Assembly: GCA_965215125.1 (NCBI GenBank)
Contig: OZ244052.1
Span: 1,242,468-1,306,467, forward strand
DNA from: an uncultured candidatus Porisulfidus sp.
GTDB taxonomy: Bacteria; Pseudomonadota; Gammaproteobacteria; Poriferisulfidales; Oxydemutatoraceae
Length of the DNA stretch: 64,000 nucleotides
Reading direction: 5' to 3'
Part shown: piece by piece, positions 56,801-64,000 of the stretch
Numbering within the stretch: the stretch's first letter is position 1
How the letters are laid out: each line of letters opens with the position of its first letter
Program-made: the position numbers and the translations under genes
The notes under the pieces: generated by a model
What the model saw: only the letters and a program-made list of their open reading frames with translations
What the model was told of the DNA's origin: nothing
Databases searched by the model: none

Positions 56801-59800
56801 AGGTGTTACCGGCAATATGTATCGTGTTCCCGAAGATACGGCCTACGCCGAGTATCGCGTACAGTATGCTTATACCGACGGGCAAGGCTATATACAAGCA
56901 CTTATATCCGAAGTATTTATTTTTATATCAGATGTTGATATAGACAACAACGGCTTGATAGAAATAAATGATTTGGAAGGTTTGGATGCCATTCGCTATC
57001 AACCGGACGGCACCGGTTATAGAGCCAACAAGACGGCGGATAAGATTACCACAGGTTGTCCCGATGCGGGTTGCGAGGGCTACGAACTAACACGGAGTTT
57101 AGATTTTGAGCAAGGCACAAGTTATCGCAATGGAATTATCGGCACGGCTTGGACGACGGGTTCGGGTTGGCTACCGATCGGTACTTCGGAAGCACCTTTT
57201 GATGCCACATTCAATGCAAGTAGTCATACAATTTCTAATTTGCGAATAGATAGGAGTAATGCTGCCAGAGGTGTTGGTTTATTCGGTATCACGGCAAGTA
57301 ATGCCGAGATAGCAAATGTCGGCTTATTAGATGTGGATATTTCGGGTAATCAAGGTGTAGGTGGATTAGTCGGGTACAAACAGGGCGGTTCTATCATCGG
57401 TAGTTATGTAACAGGACAAGTGAAAGGGAGTGGCACGTACGATGTGGGAGGATTAGTCGGTTGGCATCGTGGTGGGACGATTTCCGATAGTTATTCAAGC
57501 AGTACGGTAGTGGGATTTCGTCGCAATGTCGGTGGTTTGGTGGGTGATAACGACGGTGGCACAATCAGCGATAGCTATGCAAAAGGGAGTGTGAACGGTG
57601 AGGAAGAAGTCGTCGGTGGTCTGGTTGGCAGGAACAGCAATACGGGGATTATCATGCGTAGCAGAGCGGAAGTCAAGGTGGACGGAGGCGGTAGAGTCGG
57701 TGGTTTGGTTGGGGAAAATAGCGGGATTATTACAAATAGTTATACCCGAGAGCGCATCATAGGCATGGCGGATGTGGGGGGGATGGTTGGTTGGAATTTG
57801 GGCGATATTACGAATAGCTATGCTCTCGGATTTGTAAAAGGCGATAACGGAGTCGGAGGCTTTGTCGGTAATAATCTTCAGGGTACGATTACGAATAGTT
57901 ATGCTAGAGGTAATGTGGACGGTGCGAATCGCTATGTCGGGGGCTTTGTCGGATGGAGTGCAAGAGGAGCCATTATAAACAGCTATGCTCAAGGTAATGT
58001 GAGAGGCAAAGACGGGGTCGGAGGATTAGTCGGGGTTAATCTAGGTCTAGCTAACAACTCGGGTGTCGGCAGAGTTACTAAAAGCTATGCGACAGGTCGT
58101 GTGAGAGGAGATACCAATACCGGCGGACTAATAGGAGAGAATAGGGACGGTCATGTTGAAAAAAGTTATTGGAATAAAACCAATAACCCTACTGTAGTAA
58201 GTGCCGGTGGCATTTCTAGGACCAGCGTAGAGATGCAAACACCTACGCAGCCGGGCAATAATGCGACAGAGATTTATTACGATTGGAGTCCTGCCGATTG
58301 GGATTTTAGCGCAACCGATCAATACCCGACGCTCAAAAACGCAGTGGGACCCGATCAAAGTCAACCGGCATGTGGCACTGCCGAAGATCCGGATTGCGGC
58401 ACACCGTTAACCGAGCAACTTCAAATCGTACGCACATCACCTATAGAACCGATATCGGATATCAGATTATTGACGGGATTCGTGAAAGAATTGAATGTCG
58501 TATTAAGTGTCGGTATTGGCGACGGTCCGACCCAATTCAAGACCAGTGTTAAGTCTAGCAACCGCAACATTGCAACGGCGAGCATAGCCGAAGGCGGCGG
58601 TTTAATTCGTACACTTCGTGTTTTAACCGGTTCGGATATCGGTAGGTCGGAGATTATGGTGTCGGTGAACGACGGTGAAGGTTTAGCCGATTCTGTAAGT
58701 AGTACGGAATTTGTGGTGACCACAGAAACGAACGATGCCCCTAAAATTACAATCACATCACTGTCCGAATTAGTACCGGTGGATGACAGGATAGTGATCT
58801 CGGTCGAAGTGATGGATGATAATTTTGATGCCGGCGATAGAGTGCTCTTAACATCATCCGTGGTGCCGGAAGTGTTGGTGGAGCCGAGACAAATTGTCGG
58901 AATAAGTAGTAATAAGACGGAGCGCATTACGCTGAAGGGTGTTAGAGGGGGTACTGCGATGGTTGGGTTTACTGTAATCGATAGCAAAGGGGCGTCCGAT
59001 AGTGAAACCGTATCGGTGCGTGTTGATGCGAAGCCGACCGGTAGTGTGCGCATAAGTTTCACTAATAAATGGTTATTGGGTTCGACTTCAACGATAGAGG
59101 ATGCGGGCGGTATAGCCGAGGTGAATTATCGGTGGTATAGAAACGGCGTTGCTATAGCGAATGCAACCAGCCGAACCTATATGATAGCGGATAATAAAGC
59201 GGGACGCGCTACCGGCACAAGCTATCGCTTAGAACTGACGGTTATAGACAGTATAGGGCAATCGGTAGTTATTCAATCCAACTCGCTTAGAGTTGCGAAT
59301 GAACGGCCGGTTATCGCAAGCACTACTGCAACGGAGATGATCGATGAAGGCGATACGCAAGATATTAGCGTCAGTGCGAGCGATCCGAACTATGACGACT
59401 TAATGTATCGCTGGAGCGAGGACTCCGGGGTATTGATTAATGATAATCGCAACCCGGCAACACTCGGTATTCCACCCGACTATATAAAAGATGCCGCATC
59501 CTCGCAGACAACAGTTAATTTAGAGGTGAGAGTAAGCGACGGAGATCTCGCTACGACCGGGACGGTATCGGTGGTGGTCAACAAGCAGAACAATGGTTCT
59601 GCAACTTTAGGAAATCTCATAGAAATAGGAAGCAGAGAGACGACATTAACGGCGACGGTATTATCCGACGATCCCGACAATGGAGTTAGTGGGGCTGTAG
59701 GATATCAATGGCAAGTCTGTGAAGGGAATGAAGGGAGTTGTCCATCGGAGAGTAATTGGATGAATATTAACGACGCCGGCGGAACACAATACATCATATC

Positions 59801-62800
59801 GGATTCTGGTATTTTGTTGGAAGGTGGCAGTACATTTCCCTTAGTACGGAATGGCAGTCTATTTCGCGCAGCAGGGACTTATACCGATGGTCAAGGTTAT
59901 CGCGAAGTAGTGTATTCGCAAGGCTATAGTTATTCGGGGCGTGTCAATGCGTCGCCGACGATTAGCGGCCTACCTGCGCAACGGATCAGGCTGTTTGAAG
60001 GCACAGAGACCGAGTTTGAGGTGGAACTAAACGATCCCGATGCCGACGATATTTCCGGCGATCTAGTATTCGGTGTTCAATCCGACACAACCGAAGTTGC
60101 AAGGGTTGATGTAGAAGGAGCGGGTACGACCCGTACGATTAAGATTACCGCTATCGGTGTCGGTATGGCGACAATCACTGCGACGGTCAACGATGGTAGA
60201 GGTGTGTCGAACTCCGAAGTCTCGGAACGGTTTGAGGTGGAGGTTGAAGGGAATGAAGCCCCGATGCTTGAGATTTTTGCCGCACCCAATCGAACGATAG
60301 GGCTGGGCAACACCACGCAAGTAATGGTTTTGGTGTCGGATGCCGATTTTGATGTGGGCGATCGTGTTGTTCTGGAGGCGGTGTCGTCAAGCCGATCTAT
60401 CGTATCGGTGAGACCGACGAGAACCGACCCTATAGCGACCGATATGAGCGTACCCTTTACACTAAGCGGTATTAAAGCAGGAGTAGCGACTATTGTATTC
60501 ACTGCAACGGATAGGAGCGTGTCAACCGATAGTGTATCTTTGCTGATATCCGTTGATGCGAAGCCGACCGGTGGTGTGCGCATAGAACCGGATAGCAGTA
60601 ATCAATGGTTACTGCGTGTGGCTTCAACGGTAGAGGATGCGAACGGCATTGTTGAGGTAAATTATCAATGGTATAGAGAGGGTGTTGCTATAGCGAGTGC
60701 TACCAACCAAACCTATATGATACCGGACAATAGAGATGGACGTGCCGCAGGCACAAGCTATAGTTTAGAAATGACGGTTATGGATAGTCTAGGGCAATCG
60801 GTAGTTATTCAATCGAACTTCTATAGAGTTGCAAATGAACAACCTGTTATTACCGTTCCTGTAGCAGAGATCAGTGAGGGTGACAGGCAGGATATTAGCG
60901 TGACAGCGGGTGATCCGAACTATGACGACTTAGTGTATCGCTGGATTGGGGACTCCGGGGTATTAAGCAATGAGAATAGCAACCCGGCGAGATTAAGCAT
61001 TCCACCCTACTATATAAGAGATGCCGTATCCACCCAAACAACACTCAATCTAGAGGTGGAAGTAAACGACGGGGAGCTCTTTACGACAAGCACGGTATCG
61101 GTCGTGGTGAACAAGAAAAATAATGGTTCTGCGAGATTAGGAGCCTCCCTAGACGAAATAAATGGAGATACGGCAATCATGGCAACCGTATTCTTAAATG
61201 ATCCTGACGGAGGCACCGGTGGAGCTGTGGCGTATCAATGGCAGGTATGTGAAGGGAACGAATTCTTTTGTCCGTCGGTGAATAATTGGCTGGATATTGA
61301 TGGAGCTAACGAAGCACAGTACATCATATCGGGTTCTAGTATTTTGGTGGAAGGTGGCAATAGATTTCAGATCGTAAAAGATATCAGTGTATTTCGTCCA
61401 GAAGTGACTTATACCGATGGTCAAGGTTATCGCGAAACGATTGACGCGCCGGGGTATACTCATTCACAGCGTGTGAATAATTCGCCGACGATTAGCGGTC
61501 TACCTGCGCAACGGATTAGGCTGTTGGAAGGGACAGAGACCAAGTTTGAGGTGAAACTGAACGATCCCGATGCCGACGATATTTCTAGCAATCTAGTATT
61601 CGGTGTTCAATCCGACACAACCGAAGTTGCAAGGGTTGATGCAGTAGGAGAGGGTACGACCCGCACGATTAAGATTACCGCTATGAGTGCCGGTATTACG
61701 ACAGTCACTGCGATGGTGAACGACCGCAGAGGTGTGTCGAACTCCGAAGTCTCGGAACGGTTTGAGGTGGAAGTCGAAGAGAACGAAGCCCCGATGTTTG
61801 AGGTTATTGCCGCACCGCAGCCGGCGATAAGGTTGGGTAACACCACACAGGTCGTGGTGTTGGTGTCGGACACTAATTTTGATGTCGGCGATCGTGTCGT
61901 TTTGGCGGCGAGGTCATCAAGCCGGTCTATCGTATCGGTGATACCGATGCAAACCGATGCGATAACGACTAATGCGAGTATAACCTTCACACTGACCGGT
62001 GTTACAGTAGGAACAGCCACTGTCGTATTCACCGCAATGGATAGCAGAGGATCAACCGGCAATATATCTTTGTTAGTGCGTGTTGGTGCGCATCCGACCA
62101 GTAGTGTGCGCATAGAACCGGATAGTAGCAATAAATGGTTACTGCGTGCGACCTCAACGATAGAGGATGCGGACGATATCGTTGGGGTGAATTATCGGTG
62201 GTATAGAAATGGCGTTGCTATAACGGATGCTACCAGCCGAACCTATATGATAGCGAATAATAGAGCGGGACGTGCGACCGGCACAAGTTATAGACTAGAC
62301 CTAATAATCATGGATAATCTAGGACAATCGGTGGTTACTCAATCCAACTCCTATATCGTTGCAAATGAACGACCGGTTATCACAAGCACTACTGCAACGG
62401 AGGTGATCGGTGAAGGCGATACGCAAAATATTAGCGTGAGTGCGAGTGATGCAAACTATGACGACTTAATGTATCGCTGGAGCGAGGATTCCGGGGTATT
62501 TAGCAATGACAATAGCAACCCGGCAACACTCGACATTCCACCCGACTATATAAAAGATGCTGCATCCACCCGAACGACGCTCAATTTGGAGGTAGAAGTG
62601 AGCGACGGGGAGCTCGCTACGACAAGTGCGGTATTGGTAGAAGTGAGGAAGAAAAATAATGGTTCTGCAACGATACGAATCTCCGTAGAAATAGTAAGCG
62701 GAGGGACGACATTAACGGCGATGATATTATCCGACGATCCCGACGGAGGCACTAGTGGGACTGTGGTGTATCAATGGCAAGTCTGTGAAGGGAATGAAGG

Positions 62801-63059
62801 GCGTTGTCCCTCGGAGAGTCATTGGATGAATATCGACGATGCCGGCGGGATACGGTACATGATATCGGGTTCTAGTATTTTGGTGGAAGGTGGCAACAGG
62901 TTCTCTGTAGTAGAGGATGGCAGTCTATTTCGCGTCAAAGGGACTTATACCGATGGTCAAGGTTATCGCGAAGCGGTTTATTCGCCGGAGCGTGTTTATA
63001 CAACTCGTCCGCTGCTTAGGATTCGCACCAAAGTATTTTTAGAAGGCCCTCTTCAATAA
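53886..63059 (+). CDS. Giant (3057 aa) secreted GLUG-repeat/Ig-like-repeat adhesin-like protein
   Basis: TTG start gives signal peptide MAHKIFILLAFFLCAMPWQFAAA|Q. Two modules start with DxDxDNDGLI(D/E)I.DLEGL..IRYQ.DGTGY, followed by dozens of ~20-aa VGGLVG...I.NSYA.G repeats (GLUG motif) and a YW(D/N)...TS..E(L/M)Q.PT...WDF...QYP.LK cap. Three ~510-aa macro-repeats of Ig/cadherin-like segments follow. Confidence 0.85.
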   Translation: MAHKIFILLAFFLCAMPWQFAAAQTSPLSPCSSTDIDKDNDGLIDICDLEGLNVIRYQLDGTGYKANELAEKITAGCPGNRCRGYELMRDLDFLDANSYRSGVIRRDWVVGSGWLPIGSVVAPFGSGNVIQDSMFEGNGYAIRNLMINRPNSDNVGLFAVNGLGGGIKDIRLLDVNIQGKSRVGALVARNEPGKIRNSYVSGSIRGVSRIGALVGYNSFTSLASPVLENSSATGVVIGTGDKVGGLVGSTYSTIKNSQAFNTVSGVAEVGGLVGTTAETSLRTGQIINSRAVGNVTGVNSVGGLIGRAGTAFGSNPDSPWRIINSHATGTVEGQIWVGGLVGNADIIHIENSSAHGEVIATGSAQWAGGLVGLINKEGGRIDKSHATGSVTGIRRVGGFLGGATGVRFDDSYATGRVQGGQGSRDVGGFTGISSGGSITNSYATGMVQVRGKSEDIGGFIGENVGTHIMNSYAIGNVRGGQGSSGVGGLIGSTERVNIINGYATGRVQGGQGSRDVGGFIGISSGGIIRNSHATGDVEGGGRVGGFVGQSEGTRIMNSYAASHVRGDGTVGGFIGDSSAVITNSYATGHVEGGGRVGGFVGFHDNGSITNSYAIGNVASGRDAGGFVGFHNNGSITNSYAIGNVKAERASGFNAGGSGFITNSYWDRQTSGRTSSVGGRGKTTSELQLPTTSTGIYSSWDDDVWDFGTSEQYPALKYSDGTLQPNQRFGLLRVGLPSGLILSPSFKSEVLSYRVIGETGIRQIRLTPIAANFDADIIIESSGGFRERMPSGTTSSEISLNTAGVTTATVEVRTPYDVPIRYTLAFNDRTFNEGERIILERITARDVDDSVLRYKWTQTSGMLRLLPVEGISQAVLDVPIPELFLSETEDDREITIRLEINDGTKTETKDLRLTIAKADNGTAVQSDPIITRSDRTLTAPEVDLSTDPDGSGTINSYLWQRRANINADWIDIEGVTGNMYRVPEDTAYAEYRVQYAYTDGQGYIQALISEVFIFISDVDIDNNGLIEINDLEGLDAIRYQPDGTGYRANKTADKITTGCPDAGCEGYELTRSLDFEQGTSYRNGIIGTAWTTGSGWLPIGTSEAPFDATFNASSHTISNLRIDRSNAARGVGLFGITASNAEIANVGLLDVDISGNQGVGGLVGYKQGGSIIGSYVTGQVKGSGTYDVGGLVGWHRGGTISDSYSSSTVVGFRRNVGGLVGDNDGGTISDSYAKGSVNGEEEVVGGLVGRNSNTGIIMRSRAEVKVDGGGRVGGLVGENSGIITNSYTRERIIGMADVGGMVGWNLGDITNSYALGFVKGDNGVGGFVGNNLQGTITNSYARGNVDGANRYVGGFVGWSARGAIINSYAQGNVRGKDGVGGLVGVNLGLANNSGVGRVTKSYATGRVRGDTNTGGLIGENRDGHVEKSYWNKTNNPTVVSAGGISRTSVEMQTPTQPGNNATEIYYDWSPADWDFSATDQYPTLKNAVGPDQSQPACGTAEDPDCGTPLTEQLQIVRTSPIEPISDIRLLTGFVKELNVVLSVGIGDGPTQFKTSVKSSNRNIATASIAEGGGLIRTLRVLTGSDIGRSEIMVSVNDGEGLADSVSSTEFVVTTETNDAPKITITSLSELVPVDDRIVISVEVMDDNFDAGDRVLLTSSVVPEVLVEPRQIVGISSNKTERITLKGVRGGTAMVGFTVIDSKGASDSETVSVRVDAKPTGSVRISFTNKWLLGSTSTIEDAGGIAEVNYRWYRNGVAIANATSRTYMIADNKAGRATGTSYRLELTVIDSIGQSVVIQSNSLRVANERPVIASTTATEMIDEGDTQDISVSASDPNYDDLMYRWSEDSGVLINDNRNPATLGIPPDYIKDAASSQTTVNLEVRVSDGDLATTGTVSVVVNKQNNGSATLGNLIEIGSRETTLTATVLSDDPDNGVSGAVGYQWQVCEGNEGSCPSESNWMNINDAGGTQYIISDSGILLEGGSTFPLVRNGSLFRAAGTYTDGQGYREVVYSQGYSYSGRVNASPTISGLPAQRIRLFEGTETEFEVELNDPDADDISGDLVFGVQSDTTEVARVDVEGAGTTRTIKITAIGVGMATITATVNDGRGVSNSEVSERFEVEVEGNEAPMLEIFAAPNRTIGLGNTTQVMVLVSDADFDVGDRVVLEAVSSSRSIVSVRPTRTDPIATDMSVPFTLSGIKAGVATIVFTATDRSVSTDSVSLLISVDAKPTGGVRIEPDSSNQWLLRVASTVEDANGIVEVNYQWYREGVAIASATNQTYMIPDNRDGRAAGTSYSLEMTVMDSLGQSVVIQSNFYRVANEQPVITVPVAEISEGDRQDISVTAGDPNYDDLVYRWIGDSGVLSNENSNPARLSIPPYYIRDAVSTQTTLNLEVEVNDGELFTTSTVSVVVNKKNNGSARLGASLDEINGDTAIMATVFLNDPDGGTGGAVAYQWQVCEGNEFFCPSVNNWLDIDGANEAQYIISGSSILVEGGNRFQIVKDISVFRPEVTYTDGQGYRETIDAPGYTHSQRVNNSPTISGLPAQRIRLLEGTETKFEVKLNDPDADDISSNLVFGVQSDTTEVARVDAVGEGTTRTIKITAMSAGITTVTAMVNDRRGVSNSEVSERFEVEVEENEAPMFEVIAAPQPAIRLGNTTQVVVLVSDTNFDVGDRVVLAARSSSRSIVSVIPMQTDAITTNASITFTLTGVTVGTATVVFTAMDSRGSTGNISLLVRVGAHPTSSVRIEPDSSNKWLLRATSTIEDADDIVGVNYRWYRNGVAITDATSRTYMIANNRAGRATGTSYRLDLIIMDNLGQSVVTQSNSYIVANERPVITSTTATEVIGEGDTQNISVSASDANYDDLMYRWSEDSGVFSNDNSNPATLDIPPDYIKDAASTRTTLNLEVEVSDGELATTSAVLVEVRKKNNGSATIRISVEIVSGGTTLTAMILSDDPDGGTSGTVVYQWQVCEGNEGRCPSESHWMNIDDAGGIRYMISGSSILVEGGNRFSVVEDGSLFRVKGTYTDGQGYREAVYSPERVYTTRPLLRIRTKVFLEGPLQ
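58420..62990 (+). repeat. Three tandem ~1.53-kb macro-repeats inside the adhesin gene
   Basis: Units start near 58420, 59950 and 61483 (SPTISGLPAQRIRL(F/L)EGTET(E/K)FEV). Units 2 and 3 are very similar and unit 1 is more diverged at its 5' part. Each ends with YQWQVCEGNE..CPS...TYTDGQGYRE. Boundaries are approximate. Confidence 0.8.
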
Positions 63060-63066
63060 ATGATAC

Positions 63067-63514
63067 TGACGTTCTCCCCGAATTTAGTACCAATGTTTAA
63101 GTTGGTTTTTCCGATAAACTAGAGAAGTTAAAAACATTACAGGAGAACTTAATTGATAGAACGGCTCGACGCAAAGCCGGTACGCATCGTCTGCGACAAT
63201 GGCACTGAGTTTAGATGCAATGCCATGTTCCACTGGAACCGAGACCAGCAGGTGGAATTGGACTTTATCCAACCCGGCAAACCGACCCAGAATGCCTTTG
63301 TAGAAAGTTTCAACGGCAAGTTCCGAGCTGGTTGCCTGAGCCAGTTCTGGTTTCGTTCAATAAAAGAGGCCAGAGAGATTATAGAAGACTGGCGCATAGA
63401 TTATGATGAAGTCCGTGCGCACCGCGCATTGAGGTATCAACCTCCGAGTGTATTTGCGGAGGCAATAGCATGAAAACTGACATTGCAGGTGGCCCTAAAA
63501 ATGGGGTAACGTCA
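63067..63514 (+). mobile_element. Internally deleted IS3-family element (448 bp) retaining both inverted repeats
   Basis: TGACGTTCTCCCCGAATTTAG at 63067 versus the reverse complement of GGCCCTAAAAATGGGGTAACGTCA at 63491-63514 (TGACGTTACCCCATTTTTAG). TG...CA termini. Only the transposase C-terminus remains. Confidence 0.75.
63153..63473 (+). pseudogene. C-terminal fragment of IS3-family transposase OrfB (integrase core)
   Basis: IVCDNGTEFRCNAMFHW...FIQPGKPTQNAFVESFNGKFRAGCL..FWFRSIKEAREIIEDWRIDYDEVRAHRAL includes the last D and the E of the DDE triad. Confidence 0.8.
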
Positions 63515-63860
63515 GGCTATGATAATACCCGAATGGTGACGGAGTTGAGCTTATATGAGCCCGACGCGACGAGTTTAATAGAACGGAGTGAGCGTTATCG
63601 TGGCAGCGATGTATCGAGCATTGAATGGATTGCCCCTAGAGCGGGTGATTATTTGGCATTGGTTGCCCATGTCGAAGGGGGGAGAGGATATTATGAGTTC
63701 ACGGTCAGCGACGAGAACCTTTTGTCGGAGCGTGAGATGAAAGAAGCGTAGTAGCAGTGGTGGTTTTGTGGGCTACTCGCTGTTGCTACTCTTATCGCTT
63801 GCGATAGTTGTGTTATACCGCATGCGCAGGGCTGTCTCACATTGCCCGAAACCATAGACA
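63515..63860 (+). pseudogene. 3' relic of a second copy of the HExxH-vWA-PPC gene (PPC end, one linker repeat, frameshifted sorting tail)
   Basis: GYDNTRMVTELSLYEPDATSLIERSERYRGSDVSSIEWIAPRAGDYLALVAHVEGGRGYYEFTVS parallels 53455-53645. A 7-nt deletion relative to 53690-53700 creates TAG and puts the GGFVGY...LLYR tail out of frame. Confidence 0.85.
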
Positions 63861-64000
63861 AGCACGCCAATTTAATTTTTTTAACTTTTTTTATTGAATT
63901 TTTAGAGATTACCCTTATATCTATGCCTAATTAGGTATAAAATGCGATACCTTAATTAAAATCATTGAAATAAACATTATAAATAGGAGTCTACGAAGAA

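Noticed and set aside
57495-62131. Long antisense ORFs inside the adhesin gene (57495-57992, 58421-59062, 60077-60583, 61607-62131; 165-213 aa)
   Set aside because: They lie entirely opposite a 9.2-kb ORF with clear domain and repeat structure. They recur only because the sense repeats recur, they are Ser/Thr/Val/Ile-rich low-complexity translations, and they lack start contexts. They are typical shadow ORFs of a GNN-rich sense frame.
53886-63059. CRISPR-like or DGR-like interpretation of the regular repeats
   Set aside because: The repeats are in-frame coding repeats (about 60-nt GLUG units and 1.53-kb macro-units) without unique spacers. No cas genes, reverse transcriptase or template-repeat/variable-repeat pair with adenine-specific differences was noticed.

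Overview
Chromosomal window from a moderately AT-rich gammaproteobacterium. Enterobacterial-type synteny blocks are present: yibN-grxC-secB-gpsA, cutA-dsbD, purMN, hda. The lifestyle looks sulfur-oxidising (soxYZ, at least five rhodanese-domain genes, Na+-NQR). The backbone is housekeeping: lysA, nqrABCDEF-apbE-nqrM, dinB, murJ, envC, purMN, rnd, rpiA, ilvA, lpxL, dsbD.

Several low-GC or mobile insertions interrupt it (GC judged by eye, not computed):
1. Two diverged copies of a ~1.26-kb element whose only gene is an intact TnpB. Each is bounded by 24-25 bp terminal inverted repeats and 8-bp target duplications. That is a DDE-type footprint, not the IS200/IS605 architecture normally linked to TnpB.
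2. Directly beside copy 1 lies a 2.3-kb inverted-repeat-bounded cassette. It carries a Dam-class methyltransferase, two uncharacterised nuclease-like ORFs and a truncated IS1595-type transposase. Its outermost repeat bases resemble those of the TnpB elements.
3. An isolated non-flagellar type III secretion export module (sctQRSTU only).
4. Three sulfotransferase genes at two loci, plus a degenerate-rhodanese/fucosyltransferase-like fusion welded onto the 3' ends of housekeeping operons.
5. A 13-kb surface-protein locus. It holds a 3057-aa GLUG-repeat adhesin and a 912-aa HExxH-vWA-PPC protein with a GlyGly-CTERM-like tail. Decayed second copies of both genes and an internally deleted IS3 remnant flank them.

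Other items: two tRNAs (Thr-CGU, Arg-CCG), an orphan lysA 3' fragment, and a two-copy structured intergenic element with compensatory stem changes. No CRISPR array or rRNA was seen. All family assignments come from motif recognition by eye, with no database search.
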